Assembly: GCA_963823665.1 (NCBI GenBank)
Contig: CAWGMQ010000008.1
Location: 1,600,001-1,664,000, forward strand
From: an uncultured Planctomycetota bacterium
Lineage (GTDB): Bacteria; Planctomycetota; Planctomycetia; Isosphaerales; Isosphaeraceae
Reading direction: 5' to 3'
Length of the DNA stretch: 64,000 nucleotides
The position numbers and the translations under genes are program-made. Positions within the stretch are counted from its first letter, which is position 1, and each line of letters begins with the position of its first letter. This document shows, piece by piece, positions 1 through 13,249 of the stretch. Below the pieces are notes generated by a model, which saw only the letters and a list, made by a program, of their open reading frames with translations, did not search any database and had not been told where the DNA came from.

Positions 1-333
1 TGCCGCGCGCTTCAAAATCCATTTGTAATATCAATCTAAAACGGCCTTTGTCCTGCCAGGGGCGTCGATTGTTTCAAGGTGTGAACGCGGGCCTTCGCAA
101 AAAGTAGCCTAACGCCACGCAGCAATTTGCTTAACAAAGGAAACAACGCCCTCCTCGCGGTCAATTGATTCTTTCGATCAACATACAACTTTTTTTTCCC
201 GAGGCCGTATGAAAGGGGGGTGTGAACCGCTATGCTCTTATCTTATCACGACGCATGCGTTGCAGCCGAAGTCGAGAAGCAGACAAAAAACAGAATCCAT
301 GTCATTTCCTCTCCTCAGCGTCCGAGGCGTATC

Positions 334-1068
334 ATGAAAAACTTTGCACGAGCATCGATCCCGTCGGCATTGCTTGCGGCCCTGATGGCCGGGATTCTGG
401 TTCCGAGCGTGGAGGCCGCCGGCGTCCTCGTCATCGGCTCGAACTATGCGGGTTATGTCAGCGGTACCGCGACAGGCACGTACCCAGCAGATGTCGCAAC
501 CAATGACCTAATTTCAAACTCCAGCACTTTCGACTATGCGCCCTCGCAAGCGGGGCTGCCCACAGGTGGGAAGTACATCTTCACGACTACGACTCAGCAA
601 CAAACCGCGTCGGTGGCTGTAAATTACCCGACTCCCAACGACTTTAACTCGAGCGGTTGGTCCGCTAATTATGTGGAGGGGGTCAGCGGCGCGTCATTCT
701 ACGTCCAGATGTCCAAGTCGGGCTCGACAGTTACCATGGAGATTTTTGCCTCTACCAACGGAGGCACAGGAACCACGAAAAGCGGTGCTTACATCGAGTT
801 GTTTCTCACGAGCACTACATACACAACGGCAACCCTCCCGACGACTCAAGCCGAGCTCAACGAATTCCTGACTACCACTGCCAAGCTGGTGTGGGACCCG
901 CCGCCGATCAGCGGTCAAGGAAACCCGCCGGGATTGGACGGTGTTGTGAACTATTTTAGTCAGACCGGCAGCGTGCCCGAGCCGTCGAGTTTCGTCTTGG
1001 CGGCGATTGCGAGCTGTGGCCTGGGGTTGGTGATCTCCCGGCGAAAGCTCCGCGCCAGGGTTTCGTAG
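334..1068 (+). CDS. PEP-CTERM sorting domain surface protein (Thr/Ser/Gly-rich)
   Basis: Signal peptide MKNFARASIPSALLAALMAG..., C-terminus VPEPSSFVLAAIASCGLGLVISRRKLR (PEP motif + TM + basic tail); ATG at 334 in frame with the ORF track. Confidence 0.9.
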   Translation: MKNFARASIPSALLAALMAGILVPSVEAAGVLVIGSNYAGYVSGTATGTYPADVATNDLISNSSTFDYAPSQAGLPTGGKYIFTTTTQQQTASVAVNYPTPNDFNSSGWSANYVEGVSGASFYVQMSKSGSTVTMEIFASTNGGTGTTKSGAYIELFLTSTTYTTATLPTTQAELNEFLTTTAKLVWDPPPISGQGNPPGLDGVVNYFSQTGSVPEPSSFVLAAIASCGLGLVISRRKLRARVS

Positions 1069-1076
1069 AGTCACTC

Positions 1077-3346
1077 TCAGTCGACGAAAATGAACTCACT
1101 GGTGTTGAAAAGCACCCGGCACGTATTGGCCAGGCCATGCTTCGCTGCATAGTCAAGCAGGGAATCGAGCTCGGATTGAGCTGGCTCGCGAGCGACTACG
1201 ACGCGAAAAGTAAACGCGAGCTGGACACGAATGCTGGGTGACATCTGCTCCGCCCGGAGCGCGAGCTCTTGTGACTGCCGCAGAATGAAGACGTCGTTCC
1301 AGAGCGCGAGAGCTTGGAGTGCGGTCAGGGTCTGGCTGCGCACCGGCGTGTTCAGGTTCGGGTCGGCACAGTCGAGTGCTTCCATGAACGGGTTGGGGAC
1401 GCTGCGGACGATGAAGCGATAGATCGCGCGGCGGCGCACCTCCGGTGCATCGATCCTGGCGGGGTCGGAATGATCGTAGATCGGTGAGTGGTCGTCCTTG
1501 AACGAAAACGCTTCGAATCCGGGCCCGCCCATCCTGCGGTCGAGGGTGCCGGAGACGGCCAGCACGCTGTCGCGCACGGATTCGGCGTCAAGCCGGCGGC
1601 GATTTTGGCGCCAGAGGAAGCGGTTATCTGCGTCGATCGCCGCGCAGGCGGGGTTGTCGTTCGACACCTGTCGATAAGCGGCGCTCGAGACAATGAGGCG
1701 ATGGAGGGCCTTCAGCGATTGGCCGTTATCGCGGACCGCGGTCGCCAGCCAGTCAAGCAGCTCGGGATGACTGGGCTGCGCGCCGTTGCGGCCGAAGTCG
1801 TTGGGCGTCTCGACGATGCCGCGGCCGAAGTGATAGTGCCAGAGACGGTTGGCAATCGAACGCCAGGTGAGGACGTTCTTCGGACTCGCGAGCCATTCGG
1901 CGAGCGCGGAGCGCCGACTTCCTTCGTCGGAAGGATTGGGCAGGTCAAACGAAGCCGGAAGGAATGGCATGCAGGCGAGCGCCCCCGGAAGGGCAGGTGT
2001 TCCCGGCTGATCGACTTCCCCGCGGCGCAGGACGGCGATCGGACGAGGAGCGTGTTGCTGGATGGAATAGACCAGGTCTCCCTGAGGAAGGGCCTTTCGC
2101 TCATCTTCGAGAGCGTTACGGCGGGTGCTCAGCGTCGCGATTCGGTACGGCCGGTCGCCGCGATCGACGCCGGAGAAAACGGCCTGAAGTCGGTAGTAGT
2201 CGGATTGAGGGATCGGGTCGAACTTGTGATCGTGGCAGCGGGCGCAGTGGACAGTCAAGCTTACGAACGTTGAGATCGTGCTCGAGACCATGTCGTCGCG
2301 GTCGAGGAGCCGCGTTTTGAGCTTGTCGATGGTCCCTTCCCGCAGCTCCACATGGCCGACGAAATCCCACGGGCCGGCGGCGATGAACCCGGTTGCGATC
2401 ACACCGGTCGGGTCGCCCGGGAACAGCACATCGCCGGCGACTTGCTCGCGGATGAACCGGCCGTAGGGAAGGTCGCGATTGAAGGCCGCGATCACGTAGT
2501 CGCGATACGGCCAGGCATGGTCCCGGCGCTTGTCCTTGTCGTAGCCGTGCGTGTCACCGTAATGGGCCACGTCAAGCCAGTGCCGCCCCCATCGTTCGCC
2601 ATAATGAGGGCTGGCCAGCAGCCGATCAACCAGGGTTTCATAAGCGTTCGGGGAGTCATCCTTCAGAAACTGCTCGACCTCCTCGGGCGCGGGGGCAGGC
2701 CGATCAGGTCGAATGACAGCCGGCGGATGAGCGTGCGCCGATCCGCCTCGGGGCTTGGCTTCAGACCATGTTTTTCGAGGTTCGCCAGAATGAACGCATC
2801 GATCGGCGTGCGGATCCAGGTCGAAGGTGAACCGGGAGGCGTGGGGGTTTCGAGCGGCTCAAACGCCCACCAGCTCTGGCCTTCGAGCCGCCGATCGACG
2901 AGCTTCAGCCCCGCGGGCCAAGCCGCGCCGGCTTCGATCCAGTTGCGGATGCCGGCCACTTCTTCCCTGGAGAGCGGCTTACCCTTCTGGGGCATCGCGG
3001 GCTTGGCGCCGGAGATCATTTCCAGGAGGAGGCTCTCGCCGGGTTTTCCCGGCACGATCGCCGGCCCGCCGTCGCCGCCTTTGAATGCTGCGGAGGCCGT
3101 CGCCAGGGACAGGTTGGCCTTCTGTGTCGAATCGCCGTGACAATGGAGGCGGCGCTGTTCGAGGATCGGAGCGATCCGGCTGCGGAAAGCATCGTCGTCG
3201 GCTCCGGAGGCAAACGGCGCATTCGAAAGCGCGATCACGGTCACGAGACCGAAGCCGAGGATCGCCTTCATTACGCTGAGCATCAAGCTTCGAGACACGG
3301 AGTCACGCCGGAAGCAGCGATAGTACCGCGTGCGGGTTTGCATCAT
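1077..3346 (-). CDS. Planctomycete cytochrome c / DUF1549 / DUF1553 (PSD1) protein, split by an apparent frameshift near 2690
   Basis: ORF 2663..3400 gives the N-terminus (IAPILEQRRLHCHG, PIDAFI, RRLSFDLIGLPP). ORF 1077..2570 continues with YRDYVIAAFNRDLPY, CARCHDHKFDPI, PSHPELLDWLA. Start codon uncertain. Confidence 0.85.
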
Positions 3347-3613
3347 TCGACCGTAAGTCGATGGGGCGGGAGAGTCGATAGACCCCGGAAAGCTGGACAC
3401 AAACCAACATCTTACTGTAACTCGGGCTCAAAATATCAGAGTCAGGCGTGGTGCAGCTACCTTCTTTGTCATCGTTCCGGCCTCAACACACGACAGGCGA
3501 AGCAACCAAACTATTATTTCGTGGCCGCGCCAGATTTCGCAACCTGATCGGGCAGCTCTTCGCTCAAGCGCCAACGCCCAGGGCCGGTGTATCGCAGACG
3601 GACGTCCGAAGCC

Positions 3614-5679
3614 TCAGTCATTCGGCTGCGTGAGCGGCCCGATGCGGTGGATGTTGTTATTGATGATCACGCCGTTGCGCCCGGCGACGTCTCGCTTGGG
3701 CGACATGGCCAACACATGTGAGCGAATCCCGATCTCGAGGTGGCCGATGGGCTGACCGACGATCGACGAGTAACTCATCGACTTGAACTTGACCAGGTTC
3801 AAGTTGCCCGTGTCATTCAGGACCATGCCTGTCGCCGTGCCGCCGCGGACGGACTGTACGCTGCCCTGGATATCGATCACGGCCGTTCCCGCCAAATCGG
3901 GACGGAAGGTCTCGGAGAGGCCCGCCAGCGCGTTCGGGTAGTCGAACGTGAAGTAGCCGTTTTCCGTATCGACGGTGTTGGTGCCGCCAGAAGCGCTCAG
4001 AACCAGAGCAAGGCTTTGATCGATGCTGCCCAGGGCAGGGCCTGGAGGGCTGGTGGCCGGTTGGTCGGGGGGCACGTTGATGTAAGCGTTGAACTGTTTG
4101 ACTGCGGTGTTCGCGAGTGCAGTCAGCGAATTACTCAGGACCGAGCCCTGGCCCTTGACGGTCGCGACTGACGCCGTGCTCACGGCCTGAATGCCGAGCT
4201 GGGTCTGGTCCGGCTGTGTGCTGTCCAGGTGAGCTGCAACCGTCGCAAAGACACTGTTTGTGCCGGGCGAGCTGGTAAGTCCTCCCAGCAGCGTGAATTG
4301 CGCTTGGGGAGTGAACGGCTGCGGATTGCCGGTGGCCTGGTGGGCGATCCCGGATGAAAGGCTCGCGGGAAGGTTGATTGCGTAGAGTTGGTTGGTCTGG
4401 TAACTGCCGAGCACGGTCAAAGTGTCAGTTCCAGCGACCGAGTTGATGGGCAGAGATCCGATGAACGAACCCACATCCGTGAACGACCCTACGAACGCCT
4501 CCGAGGTTGCGTTGTATGCGTACACGGTCGTACCCGAGCTGACGAGGAGGACGCGCTGGGAGCCGTTCCAGGCCAGGTCGAGCCCGGCGGCCGCGGGATC
4601 GCCGGGGACGCTGATCGGTGGGGCCGACGTATCCACAACAGCCGTCTTCGTGTTCAGGTTGAGATCGAAGCGGATGATCTCGCCCGTCGTGGGATCGTAG
4701 CCGTAAATCTTGGGGTCGGTCTGGAGGTTAACGGCGCGCTGAGCTTGGCACCCTGGACTCGATTGACCTTGAGGATGATACCGGGCGGGGCAGGGGGCAC
4801 CGTGTAAATTGAAGACCCGGTCGGCAGCGGCTCGACGATGTTGCCGGCGGAAGCGAATTCGCCCGCGACACCGGTGAGCGTCTGCGAGCCGTTACCGTTG
4901 CTGACGTAGGTGGTGGTGACACCGCCTGGATTAGTGATCGAGGTGGATTGGAGGGCCTCGAGCGTCGTGATTGACGAAGACGAGGTGCTCGTGGTGGTCG
5001 CGAATGCACGGAATATGGTGATGGTGGCGCTGCCGCCGCTGGTGGTGCCGCTACTGCCGGTGGTGGTGCCGGAAGTCGAGCTGCCCGCAGCCGATGTGCC
5101 CACCAGCAGCGAGCTGGTCGGAAGGGTCGTGGTGGTCGACGGAGGCGGCGGTAGCGTGCGGAGGTTGATCTGGGTGTCCGCGCCGATCGAGTCGAGGTTC
5201 AACGAGTTCACACCGGGCGTCAGATTGATTCTGCCGCCATCGATCAGGTCGAACGGGCTGAGCAGGAACGACTCCGCCACGTCGCCGCCCTGGCCGCTCA
5301 AGCTGTTCGAGGCCCCGGCGGCGATGAGCCGGCCGTTCTGGATGCTCTCGAGCGGCGCATGGCCGCCCCCGCCGGTTACCGTGCCGACGATCTTCGAGTA
5401 GGCATTGGTGTCATCGTACACCAGCTCGAGTGCGCCCGAGGGAGTCAGACCGGTTCCCAGCAGGTTGCCCAACCCGACCACATGGATCACCGCGTGGCCG
5501 CGGGTGGGAGTCGTGTATGAGAAGATGCGATTGTCGCCCGAGAACACCCCGCTCGAAGCGCTAGCCGCAACAGCGGCCGCGGACGCCCGGCTGAGGAGCT
5601 TGCGTTCTTCCAACCCTTCGAGAGTGGGCCGGGTTCGTTTCGCCTGTGTTTTCCGACTGCTCGACGACCTGAGCGTCAT
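3614..5679 (-). CDS. Large secreted protein with planctomycete LEPR-XLL-type N-terminal signal; apparent frameshift near 4735
   Basis: N-terminus RPTLEGLEERKLLS, Ser/Thr-rich linker. Frames 4654..5679 and 3614..4636 join if one base is restored (…SAPVNLQTDPKIYGYD…). Confidence 0.7.
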
Positions 5680-6192
5680 CGCGATCCTCCCGATGACCGA
5701 CTCGCCAACTGGTCACGCACCGCCACACCCGGCGGGACATCCTGGTTCGACCTCACTAATCAATTCGGCAAACGGAACCCCCGGCATAACCCAACTTCCA
5801 GGATTTCCCCACACGACGCACACTGCGGTCCAGTCATCCCGGCGACACTTAAACTCGAGCGATGAGAAAGCCGACAGCTCGAGTTTTGCGTGCTCGCCGT
5901 ATTACCCAAGCGCAGACCTCTCAAGGGCATAAGCACGGCGGGACAGCTTCATCGCGGGCTGCGAGGTGGATGTCGCGACCCCCGATTGCGTGGCGCACGA
6001 GAGCCGCACAATCAGCGTCGCCGGGCGCGATGTCCCTAGCACACGGGCCGTCGCAGGGGTAAACTCGGCGAAAACCCCTTGTTCCCAAGCGCGGGAATGG
6101 AGAGGCGCCAATCTGCATCGAGGGGATCGCGCGAAGACCATGCCGTGGGTATGGCATCGATACGAGATGACAAAGTTAAAGGAGAATCGATA

Positions 6193-6984
6193 GTGCTGCG
6201 CCGTTGTCTCACACTCGCCGTTTCGTGTTGCTTCGTACTGGCCCTGACCCTCTTACCCGTCGAATTGCTGTCTGCGCAGGACGCGGTCAAGAAAGTGGAT
6301 CAGGCGCCAGCCGTCAAAGCCGAGGTAGTTCAGAAAGAAACCACAAAGCCCGACGCACCCAAGAGTGCCGAACCGGCGAAGGATGACGCCGCCAAGAAGG
6401 ATGCAGGAAAGACGGAGCCCCCCAAGGCGGCCGAACCGCCGTTGCCGCCGATTCCGCCCGAGGTCCAGGCGAAGATTGACGCAGCCCGCAAGGCTGTTGC
6501 GGAGATGATCGTCGCTTGCCAGGACGCCGGTCTGGTCGAAACCTCAATCGACCCGCCACCAATCCTCGACATTCTGATCACTGGCCGGGCGGTCGACGCT
6601 CGCATTCTGAAGGGCCCGAAGCCGCCGGGCCTACCGTACGGCTTGACCCCCGAGGTTTTCGGCGCCTGGTTCACCAGCTACGGGAAAATGGACGAGATCA
6701 ACTACAAGGACGACGTCCGAGTGATGCAGCCGAGCGCTGGGCTCAAGCAGTGGTACGACCAGCGCGCACGGATTCTCGAGCAATACATTCAGGAAATCCG
6801 CAAGACCAAACCCGCTCCTACCCCCAAGAAGGACGAAACCAAGCCGGCCTCGACCAAGCCCGCCGACGCAGCCAAGCCCGCCGCGACCGCGCCGGCTGAG
6901 CCAGCCAAGCCCGCCGCGCCACCGCCGGCTGCGCCAGCTACGAAAGCCGCGGCGCCCAAGGCGGCCGAGGTGAAGAAGAACTGA
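6193..6984 (+). CDS. Secreted hypothetical protein with Pro/Ala/Lys-rich termini
   Basis: AAAGGAG RBS before GTG at 6193, signal peptide, low-complexity ends flanking a globular core. Confidence 0.7.
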   Translation: MLRRCLTLAVSCCFVLALTLLPVELLSAQDAVKKVDQAPAVKAEVVQKETTKPDAPKSAEPAKDDAAKKDAGKTEPPKAAEPPLPPIPPEVQAKIDAARKAVAEMIVACQDAGLVETSIDPPPILDILITGRAVDARILKGPKPPGLPYGLTPEVFGAWFTSYGKMDEINYKDDVRVMQPSAGLKQWYDQRARILEQYIQEIRKTKPAPTPKKDETKPASTKPADAAKPAATAPAEPAKPAAPPPAAPATKAAAPKAAEVKKN

Positions 6985-7362
6985 GCCCGGACGCTAATCA
7001 ATCTCAAGGAGTTGCGACCACATCCGGACGCGGGGCGGCCGAGAAACAAAGTGCCGACCCCGCGTGCCGGCGGTTTTTGCACCTTTGGTCCCTGTGAACG
7101 GCGCTCTGAGCCAGGCGCACGCGACGCTGCGCGGGTGGATCGAGCCCGGCTCAGCCTGCACTTTGGTGAATTCGTGCTTGAAAGACGGGCGCCTGTCCAC
7201 GAGAATGGACCGTGCATCTTTCCGTTCGTGAGCCATCCCGAAGGAATGAGCGAAGATCAAAGGGCGGCGCCCCGCCGCGCTCTTGATCGTCGGACGCTCA
7301 ACCCTCGTTTTGCTCCCATCGGTGTTTGATCGCGCCGACATTCCCAGATCGAGTGTGCCGCC

Positions 7363-8304
7363 GTGATGCCGAGTGTCGTGTCCAGAACGACTGCGCCTTT
7401 CCCGTTCTTATCGCTGGCGTGCGAAGCAGGCCGGCGATTGGGGGCGGTGGGCGTGCTCATCATCGCCGAAGGACCGGTGGATTGGGACATCGTGCGGGTG
7501 ATGAGCAGCAGTGACATGCCCATCCTTGTTGCCAGCGATTCTCCGCGACAGATCGAGGCAATTCGAAAAGGCGGATTGGTTGCAATCGAAGTCGAACCGA
7601 GTGAGGTGGCGATCTCCGAGAGAATCAGCCTGGCTCTGATCGAGGCCGTTGCGAACGATCTGCTTCAGGCGGGCGCGCGAGTGGTCGTGGTGTACTCTGG
7701 ATTCGAGGCCGAGGAACTCGACTCACTGACCGTGATCCGGCTGGGAGAGCACCTCGAGCAGCTCACGGCGCGCGATCTGAGGGCGCTCGAGACGTCGGTT
7801 CCATTCGAAACGCTCAAGGCGGTGGTTGACACTGCGATCGAGATCGGACGCGAAGGGCGCGAGGGCAAGCCGGTCGGAACCCTGATCGTGGTGGGTGATG
7901 CACGCAATGTGATGCTGAGGACGCGACAGCTCGGGTTCGATCCGTTCAAGGGATACAAGCGCAAAGAGCGTAATGTACGCGACTTTCGGGTGCGCGAGGC
8001 GATCAAGGAAATTGCCCAGCTCGACGGCGCGTTCGTGGTGACGCGAGACGGAACGGTTGAAGCGGCGTGCCGGCTCATTGACGCTCCGATGAGCGGGCTC
8101 ACGCTGCCGAAAGGGCTCGGGAGCCGGCACTGGGCCGCGGCGGCGATCACCGAGGTGACGAAGTCGGTCGGCGTGGTGGTCAGCCAGTCGAATGGCACCG
8201 TCAGGCTGTTCCAGAGCGGAGACATCATCCTCCGGATCGCCCCCATGCGACACGCCCGGGCGATGAAGTGGCAGGACGCTGAGATCGAGCCGGCGCCGGC
8301 CTGA
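7363..8304 (+). CDS. Diadenylate cyclase (DisA_N/DAC domain) with extra N-terminal domain, DacZ-like
   Basis: EIGREGREGKPVGTL, catalytic LDGAF, GLGSRHWAAAAIT, VSQSNGTV. Confidence 0.85.
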   Translation: MMPSVVSRTTAPFPFLSLACEAGRRLGAVGVLIIAEGPVDWDIVRVMSSSDMPILVASDSPRQIEAIRKGGLVAIEVEPSEVAISERISLALIEAVANDLLQAGARVVVVYSGFEAEELDSLTVIRLGEHLEQLTARDLRALETSVPFETLKAVVDTAIEIGREGREGKPVGTLIVVGDARNVMLRTRQLGFDPFKGYKRKERNVRDFRVREAIKEIAQLDGAFVVTRDGTVEAACRLIDAPMSGLTLPKGLGSRHWAAAAITEVTKSVGVVVSQSNGTVRLFQSGDIILRIAPMRHARAMKWQDAEIEPAPA

Positions 8305-8401
8305 ACGAAGACTTTCGGCGAGCGAGCGCCAGAGGCATGGTCCCGCGCGTCGCTGGTGTGAGGGAACCGGGCCCCGGCAACTCAAGGTAAGAACTGCCAA
8401 A

Positions 8402-9202
8402 ATGATTTCGCCCACTTCGCGACTGGTCGAACCGTTTCTGCGGCTGGTCTACGGCCCGCCACTACCTGGGAGGACCGCGCAGGCGGCGGCCGACGGCCAA
8501 GGTGCGCTGAGAGCGGCGGGGGGTTTGGTGCTCGTGGCCGACGGTGTGGGCGGATTCGACGTGTGCGGGACCGCGATGCGTTATGTTCTGGCGGCGGAGA
8601 AGCTGCCGTATGCCGTCGAGATTGTTTCGTGGGGCCATGGCTTCGGGCGCTGGCTCGCCGACCTGACGAGCGCTCGCAATCGCGACGAGAAAGCCGGGCT
8701 CCTGGCCAGGAGCGTGCAGCGATACAAGGCGGAACGGCCGATGGATCTGGTTTACCTCGTGGCCAAGTCGGGAGGAGCGGGCGTAGTAGTCAAGGCGCTC
8801 GAGCTGATCGGGGAGAAGCAAGTGGAACGGGCGGTTCTGCTTGCGCCTGCGCTTTCGCCTGACTACGACCTCTCATGCGCGCTCCGCGCGGTCCGCCATG
8901 AGATGGTTGTTTTCTGGTCCCCGCTTGATGTGTTCATGCTGGGAATGGGAACGAAGGTATTCGGGACGGTTGATCGCGTGCGGACCGCTGCGGCGGGGTT
9001 AGTCGGGTTTCGAGTGCCGGCCGCTGAAGAAAAAACGCGTGAAAACAATGGCGGAGAATACGACAAACTGCGCCAGATACGCTGGCGTCCGCAGATGGCA
9101 ACCGCGCTCTATCTCGGAGGCCATTTCGGAACGGATAGTCCTTTATTTCTGCGGAAATACGTGGCGCCGCTGCTTCGGCCTCCAGAGGCTTCGAGAAGTT
9201 GA
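8402..9202 (+). CDS. Alpha/beta hydrolase fold protein
   Basis: LVAKSGGAG nucleophile-elbow-like motif, VLLAPALS, C-terminal GGHFG. Confidence 0.65.
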   Translation: MISPTSRLVEPFLRLVYGPPLPGRTAQAAADGQGALRAAGGLVLVADGVGGFDVCGTAMRYVLAAEKLPYAVEIVSWGHGFGRWLADLTSARNRDEKAGLLARSVQRYKAERPMDLVYLVAKSGGAGVVVKALELIGEKQVERAVLLAPALSPDYDLSCALRAVRHEMVVFWSPLDVFMLGMGTKVFGTVDRVRTAAAGLVGFRVPAAEEKTRENNGGEYDKLRQIRWRPQMATALYLGGHFGTDSPLFLRKYVAPLLRPPEASRS

Positions 9203-9749
9203 ATCGGTGGCGAGTGTCAAGCTCTGCGCGCGGTGGGTCGATATCCCTATTGCCCGGGCAGCGCGAGTCCTCGTGGCTTATCGCTGACCGGTATGTCGCT
9301 CAGGTTCGATCTGACCCGTGCGCGTCGCAGCCAGCGGGGAGACGCCTCAAAAACGTTTCCGCCGGGTTGTGTGCGGCCGGGTCCGGTCGGACTTATCCTC
9401 CAGGAGCGACAGATCGACCCGCCCGGGTCGACGAGAGCGCCCAGGCCGCCGCCAGCGACGCGATCGCGCGTGTACAAAGCCGGCTGCGGCCCGGGCGCTC
9501 GTGACCTCGAGGGCCGAGAGAGCGTGCATTTCGCGATCGACGACAATTCGGCGCCCTCCAGAACTGGCACCGTGAAGCCGCAACGCGCGGCGGCCTCCGC
9601 CTTTTCAGCGGGACATCGTCCTTGACCCTCGCGCCATGAAGGTGCGGAGCCGCCCCGCATTGATTCCCCACTCGCGCTGGAAGATCACCGGCGTCTCCAC
9701 TAGCCGCGAGAGCGGGAACACAGCGGATTCCACACGATCTAAAGTATGA

Positions 9750-11222
<1,473 letters not shown>

Positions 11223-11240
11223 GCTCCGCATCGCGCCGAT

Positions 11241-11627
11241 TCAAACCCCAGCGGAAACGACCGAAGGTGCTCGCGTCGGCTGGCTGGGATCGGTGCGCGC
11301 AAGGAGCCGGCGACGGAATTTGAGGTGTCGGCGCCGGGTGGTCTCGACCAGGGGCCGCCAGACCCGAGCGGTCAGCTTGCGACGGATCAGGAAGTGCCAG
11401 AGGAAGTCCCAGTACGACACCTCCCATTCAGGCTGAGTCGCGCCCGCAATGCTCGTCAGCGCCAACGTCGGAGTCAGAACGTGTTTACCGAAACTCGCAT
11501 AACCATCCTTGGGATAAAACGGATTGATCAAGAGAGCTCGTCGTGGCCGTACTGGGCCAACCGCAGCCCCGAGATCCAATCGGGGCGGAACGCGCATCTC
11601 CCGGGGAATCCAAGGTGCTTTCACCAT
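11241..11627 (-). pseudogene. Internally deleted remnant of a B12-binding radical SAM protein
   Basis: N-terminal B12-binding start (ALLINPFYPKD...FGKHVLTPTLALTSIAGAT..W...YWD) fused directly to a C-terminal tail (FLWHFLIRR..VWRPLVE.TRRRHLKFRRRL); no CxxxCxxC. Confidence 0.65.
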
Positions 11628-11884
11628 GAGCGCCAAACCCTCTTGCATCGAAATCGCCGGAAGCTCGGATAAACGAGCCGAGTCGCACGGTCTGCAATAC
11701 AATGTACTTTGTAATTCAAAGTCATTTGTGTCAAGGGGCGACTTGCCGTGATCTGGGACAGCACGCTGGTGCGTGACCTTGCCGTTCGAGGATAGAATTC
11801 AGGGTTGCGTGGTTTGGGGAATGTGAAGGAATTCGTTTGGGTCGATGCAGGGCGGGGTTCAAGGGCGAATTGTCAGGAGCGGCG

Positions 11885-12808
11885 ATGGAGATCGTTTACA
11901 AGCTCGAAGCCTACCCGGAGCTGCATCCGGACGAATTCATCGACCTGCTGGAGCGGTCAACGCTTGCCGAGCGGCGGCCGGTCGAGGAGGCGGAGACGGT
12001 CCGCGGCATGCTTGTGCACGCCGACGTGATCGTGACGGCGCGAGCGGGGGGATTGCTGGTCGGGGTTTCGAGGGCGATCACGGATTTTCACTACTGCACG
12101 TATCTTTCAGACCTTGCGGTAGACGAAAAATGGCAGCGCCGGGGGATCGGCCTCGAATTGATCAAACGGACGCATGAAGCGGCGGGCACCCAGACGACGT
12201 TGATCGTGCTCGCCGCGCCCCAGGCGCACACGTATTATCCGCACGTGGGGTTTTTCGGTCACGACTCGTGCTGGTACATTCCGCGCCAGCCGGCGCCAGT
12301 TCCAGGGGCTGACGCTCCCTGGCTACGTGCTCTCGCCCCCTCCGGGGGCTCAAAGCATACGGTCGCGGGTTGGCTCTGGTCATTCCGGCGACAAAGTGGC
12401 ATACTCAACCTGATTGCATCGGTTGGCGAGCGCGTGCAAAACGCGATCGCGCAGCCATTCGGATTCATGACCGGGAAAGCCGAGGCCGATGATGACAGCG
12501 ATGAAAAGAATAATGAGCTGTGCTCTGGGTCTTTTCGCGCTCGCGGGGGGTTTGCAGAGCCCGGCGAAGGCACAGATCGCATACGTGCCGGACATTGGTG
12601 CGATTCCGATCGGCTCAACGATGACGGTGACACCGGCCGTTTCGGCCGATCGTCGATACGTGCGGCTCACCGTCAATGCGTTCTTCAACGACCTCAACAA
12701 TATCCAGACGATCTCGTTCCCCGGCGGTGCCGTCGGCGGAAACTTCGGAGGAGGGTTCGGGGGCTTCGGTGGAGGAATCGCCGCAGGGATGAACGGAGTC
12801 ATTGGTGA
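11885..12808 (+). CDS. GNAT family N-acetyltransferase (domain ~11885-12300; the frame reads through a repeat into the next gene)
   Basis: [44 protein letters not shown]. Confidence 0.85.
   Translation: MEIVYKLEAYPELHPDEFIDLLERSTLAERRPVEEAETVRGMLVHADVIVTARAGGLLVGVSRAITDFHYCTYLSDLAVDEKWQRRGIGLELIKRTHEAAGTQTTLIVLAAPQAHTYYPHVGFFGHDSCWYIPRQPAPVPGADAPWLRALAPSGGSKHTVAGWLWSFRRQSGILNLIASVGERVQNAIAQPFGFMTGKAEADDDSDEKNNELCSGSFRARGGFAEPGEGTDRIRAGHWCDSDRLNDDGDTGRFGRSSIRAAHRQCVLQRPQQYPDDLVPRRCRRRKLRRRVRGLRWRNRRRDERSHW
12302..12350. repeat. Double-hairpin REP-like element
   Basis: CCAGGG-GCTGACGCT-CCCTGG followed by GCCCCC-TCC-GGGGGC. Confidence 0.6.
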
Positions 12809-13196
12809 CGAGGGCTACGAGAGCGGTGTGCAAGTCGGGAACGGAATGAACGCACCGATGCAGGCCCAGGTTCGGCAGCCCGGCTTGATGCGGGCTGGGG
12901 CATTGCCTGGAGATGAAGGTGGTCTCGGGGTTGATCCGCTACCGAACGGCGCCGGCGTGGGGCAAGGTCAGGGAGGTGAGCTCGGGTTCATGCCCGGCTT
13001 CGAGGATGAGGCCGCCCTGATGATGGCCATGGAAAACGGCCCGGGACGACGAAGCGTTCGAGCAACGGGCGCGAGCCCAGGACGTCGTCCTCGCCGATCA
13101 TCGACCCGGAAGGCAACCAGATCGAGCCGCCGTTCGAGCTCGACCTCCGTGCAGAAGGCGGGTTCCAGCTCCGGTGCGGTCAAAACGGACCGCTGA
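12489..13196 (+). CDS. Secreted Gly-rich hypothetical protein
   Basis: Signal peptide; [14 protein letters not shown] segment resembling the tail of planctomycete secretin-like proteins; basic C-terminus. Confidence 0.55.
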   Translation: MMTAMKRIMSCALGLFALAGGLQSPAKAQIAYVPDIGAIPIGSTMTVTPAVSADRRYVRLTVNAFFNDLNNIQTISFPGGAVGGNFGGGFGGFGGGIAAGMNGVIGDEGYESGVQVGNGMNAPMQAQVRQPGLMRAGALPGDEGGLGVDPLPNGAGVGQGQGGELGFMPGFEDEAALMMAMENGPGRRSVRATGASPGRRPRRSSTRKATRSSRRSSSTSVQKAGSSSGAVKTDR

Positions 13197-13249
13197 GCGA
13201 CAGCAAGTGCCCGCCTCCCGAAATTCAATGGGCCGGCTCGACGGGCGTC

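Noticed and set aside
6056..6160. c-di-GMP-I riboswitch (GGTAAACTCGGCGAAA...)
   Set aside because: The bases after GAAA do not pair back and GACGCAAAGC is absent; only generic hairpins
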